Of a stretch of 64,000 nt of DNA, positions 61,291 to 64,000 are shown piece by piece (the first letter of the stretch is position 1; every line of letters begins with the position of its first letter). The position numbers and the translations under genes were made by a program. The notes under the pieces are model-generated. The model worked only from the letters and a program-made list of their open reading frames with translations. It made no database searches and was not told the DNA's origin. Source of the stretch: an uncultured Actinomycetota bacterium (GTDB taxonomy: Bacteria > Actinomycetota > Actinomycetes > Propionibacteriales > Nocardioidaceae); assembly GCA_963761965.1 (NCBI GenBank), contig CAVXIX010000013.1, forward strand, positions 84,880-148,879, given 5' to 3'.

Positions 61291-63496
61291 TTGCGTGAAA
61301 GCGCGTTCCATCTTGCCGACCACCCCGCCAAGGCCGACCCCGCACTGATCACCGCCGACGAGCAGCACTTCGCCGCGATCGCCGAGAGCCTCGAGCGGTC
61401 GATCGCCGAGCTCGTCCGACCGCCTGGATGCCGAGCGCAAGGCGCCGGGCGGCATCGGGCCAGGAGGCGATGGACCGGGACATGGAGATCCACCGGCTCA
61501 CCACCCGGCTGCGCACCCTGCGCCGCTTCGGCCTGGACCTGTGCCTCGGCCGCATCGTCAGCGCGGACGACGGCGAGCCCGTGTACGTCGGGCGACTCGG
61601 CCTCACCGACAGCGACGGGTCGCCGGCTGCTGCTGGACTGGCGCTCGCCCGCCGCCGAGCCGTTCTTCGGCGCGACTCACGCCAACCCGATGGGCCTGGC
61701 CAGCCGCCGCAGGTTCCGCTGGACGCTGCGGCCGGATCACCGACTACTGGGAGGAGGTGTTCATCGCCCGACGGCCTGGAGGGTCACGCGGCGCTCGACG
61801 ACCAGTCCGCCTTCATCGCCAGCCTCGGCAGCAGCCGGTCGGCCCGGATGCGAGACGTGCTCGGCACGATCCAGTCCGACCAGGACGCGATCATCCGTGC
61901 CGGATCCCGCGGCGCCCTCGTCGTCGACGGCGGACCGGGTACGGGCAAGACCGTCGTCGCGCTGCACCGCTCCGCGTACCTGCTCTACTCCGACCCCCGC
62001 CTCGGACATCGCCGGGGGGACGTGCTGTTCGTCGGCCCACACCAGCCCTACCTGAGCTATGTCGCGGACGTCCTGCCCAGCCTCGGCGAGGAGGGCGTGC
62101 AGACCTGCACGTTGCGAGACCTGGTGCCGGAGGGTGCCACGGCGGCCGTCGAGCCGGATCCCGAGGTCGCCCGCTTGAAGGCGTCCGCCGACATGGTGAA
62201 GGCCATCGAGCCGGCGGTCCGGCTCTACGAGGAGCCGCCCACCAAGCCGATGACGGTCGAGACCGACTGGGCCGACATCTGGCTGAGCACTGCGGACTGG
62301 GCGGAGGCGTTCGGGCGGCCGAGCCCGGCACGCCGCACAACCTGGCTCGCGACCAGGTCTGGGACGGCGCTGCTCACGATCCTCGTCGACAAGCTGCGAG
62401 ACGAGCCGATGACGACGACTGGGACGAGGACAACGACGACTTCGATGCGTACGGGCTGGCCAGCGAGAGCACCACAGACAAGGTACGCCGGTCGCTGGCC
62501 AACGATCGACGAGCTGGCCGAGGCGTTCGATCGGGCCTGGCCGCTGCTCGAGGCGACCGACCTCGTCGGAGACCTCTGGACCGTGCCCGCCTATCTGCGG
62601 ATGTGCGCGCCGTGGCTGGAGCGTGACGAGGTCGCCAGGTTGCAGCGGGCGGACGCCCAGGCGTGGACGGCATCCGATCTGCCGCTTCTCGACGCGGCGC
62701 TGCAGCGGCTGGGAGACCCCGCAGACGTCGCGCCGCCGTCGGCGACAGGAGGCGGCTGCCGTCGCCGAGCGCGAGCGCATGGCCGATGTCGTCGCCGACC
62801 TGATCGCGACCGACGACTCCGAGATGGCAGGGCTGATGTCGATGCTGCGCGGCCAGGACCTGCGCACCGCCCTGGTCGACACCCGATGCCCAACCGGACG
62901 TCGATCCCGACCTGCTGGCCGGGCCGTTCGCGCACATCGTCGTCGACGAGGCGCAGGAGCTGACGGACGCGGAGTGGCAGATGCTGCTGCTGCGCTGCCC
63001 GTCGCGGAGCTTCACGATCGTCGGGGACCGCGCGCAGGCCAGGCACGGGTTCACCGAGTCGTGGCAGGAACGGCTCGAGCGCGTCGGGCTCGACCAGATC
63101 AACCTGGCGACGCTGAGCATCAACTACCGGACACCCGAAGAGGTCATGGTGGAGGCCGAGCCGGTCATCCGCGCTGCGCTGCCGGACGCCAACGTGCCGA
63201 CCTCGATCCGCAGCAACGGCGTGCCCGTGGTGCACGGACGCGTTGCCGAGCTGGACTCGATCCTCGAGACTGGCTCGCTGCACATGCCGAGGGCATCGCC
63301 TGCGTCATCGGGCATCCTGCGTTCGAGCCGGCCCCCGCGTGCGCTCGTTGACGCCTGAGCTCGTCGAAGGGGCTCGAGTTCGACCTCGTCATCCTGGTCG
63401 ACCCGGACGAGTTCGGCACCGGCATCGAAGGAGCGGTCGACCGCTACGTCGCCGATGACCCGGGCGACCCAGCAGCTCGTGATCCTCAGCGACTGA
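61291..63496 (+). CDS. helR: RNA polymerase recycling ATPase HelR (rifamycin resistance; frameshifted)
   Basis: KADPALITADEQHFAAI, YVGRLGL, LLDWRSPAAEPFF, MRDVLGTIQSDQD, GGPGTGKT, VVDEAQE, GDRAQ, NYRTP, KGLEFD; upstream RAE. Confidence 0.9.
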
Positions 63497-63506
63497 CCGA
63501 CTGACC

Positions 63507-63567
63507 GCGAGTGGCGCAGTGTGGTTGGGTCGGAAGCTCCCCAAACCAACCACGCTGCGCCACTCGC
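63507..63567. repeat. 22-bp-arm inverted repeat after helR (REP-like or terminator)
   Basis: GCGAGTGGCGCAGTGTGGTTGG ... CCAACCACGCTGCGCCACTCGC. Confidence 0.7.
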
Positions 63568-63595
63568 CGTTCATGATCACCGCTACGGCCGGGAT

Positions 63596-63634
63596 GACGA
63601 AGGCCCCCACCGCGATGCGGTGAGGGCCTTCGTC
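63596..63634 (-). terminator. groEL terminator hairpin
   Basis: GACGAAGGCCC.CACCGC-GAT-GCGGTG.GGGCCTTCGTC about 30 bp after the stop. Confidence 0.7.
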
Positions 63635-63662
63635 GGAACTACTGGTGTGGGTCAGGTTTCCA

Positions 63663-64000
63663 CTAGAAGCCCATGCCGCCCATGTCGCCCATGTCCGGGG
63701 CGCCTCCGCCGGCCTGAGCAGGCTCAGGCTTGTCGGCGACGACGGCCTCGGTGGTGAGGAACAGCGCCGCGATCGAGGCTGCGTTCTGCAGCGCCGAGCG
63801 CGTGACCTTGGCCGGGTCGATGATGCCGGCGGCGATCAGGTCGACGTACTCGCCGGTCGCGGCGTTGAGGCCCCAACCCGACTCGAGTCCGGCAACCTTC
63901 TCGGCGACGACGCCACCTTCGAGGCCGGCGTTGATCGCGATCTGCTTGAGCGGAGCGGACGCCGCGGTGCGAACGATGTTCGCGCCGGTGGCCTCGTCAC
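63663..64000 (-). CDS. groL: Chaperonin GroEL, C-terminal part
   Basis: [53 protein letters not shown], tail MGDMGGMGF. Confidence 0.95.
   Translation of the reverse strand, partial: DEATGANIVRTAASAPLKQIAINAGLEGGVVAEKVAGLESGWGLNAATGEYVDLIAAGIIDPAKVTRSALQNAASIAALFLTTEAVVADKPEPAQAGGGAPDMGDMGGMGF

Noticed and set aside
60286-63496. kynA-helR operon
   Set aside because: Separated by a hairpin, an opposing promoter and helR's own RAE promoter

Overview
GC-rich (about 70%) actinobacterial chromosome segment; gene content and style suggest Nocardioidaceae (Aeromicrobium/Nocardioides-like), by inference. Most genes are broken by one or more single-base indels, including housekeeping genes, which points to long-read assembly error. 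CDS coordinates below are reconstructed across frames and some ends are approximate. Contents in order: a compact coenzyme F420 cluster (fgd, fbiC, cofC, cofE, cofD) with a topoisomerase IB inside it; two DUF1707 membrane paralogs around an S8 protease; ideR; rmlA/B/CD; pdxH-citA; a TetR-regulated ABC exporter; an intergenic structured-RNA locus at 27.2-27.5 kb (three C6-loop, 6C-like hairpins plus a second candidate sRNA); mutA-mutB-meaB; the conserved serC/NCS2/DUF2530/DUF3027/MFS/csp block; a Wzy-type polysaccharide locus; an ABC transporter; kynA; helR behind a rifamycin-associated element with symmetric back-to-back promoters; and the 3' end of groEL. The polysaccharide locus carries a cytidylyltransferase, a CDP-alcohol phosphotransferase, a membrane-anchored zinc-finger ECF sigma factor, a degenerate Wzc-like protein, a 7-unit ~32-bp hairpin repeat array and a large fibrinogen-like secreted protein. 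No tRNA, rRNA, CRISPR, phage or transposase was seen. Best candidates for undescribed biology: the ECF/fibrinogen-like/phosphodiester-glycan locus with its repeat array, the 27.2-27.5 kb RNA pair, the F420 cluster (short CofE tail, coupled NudK-like enzyme) and a strong CGTACG over-representation.
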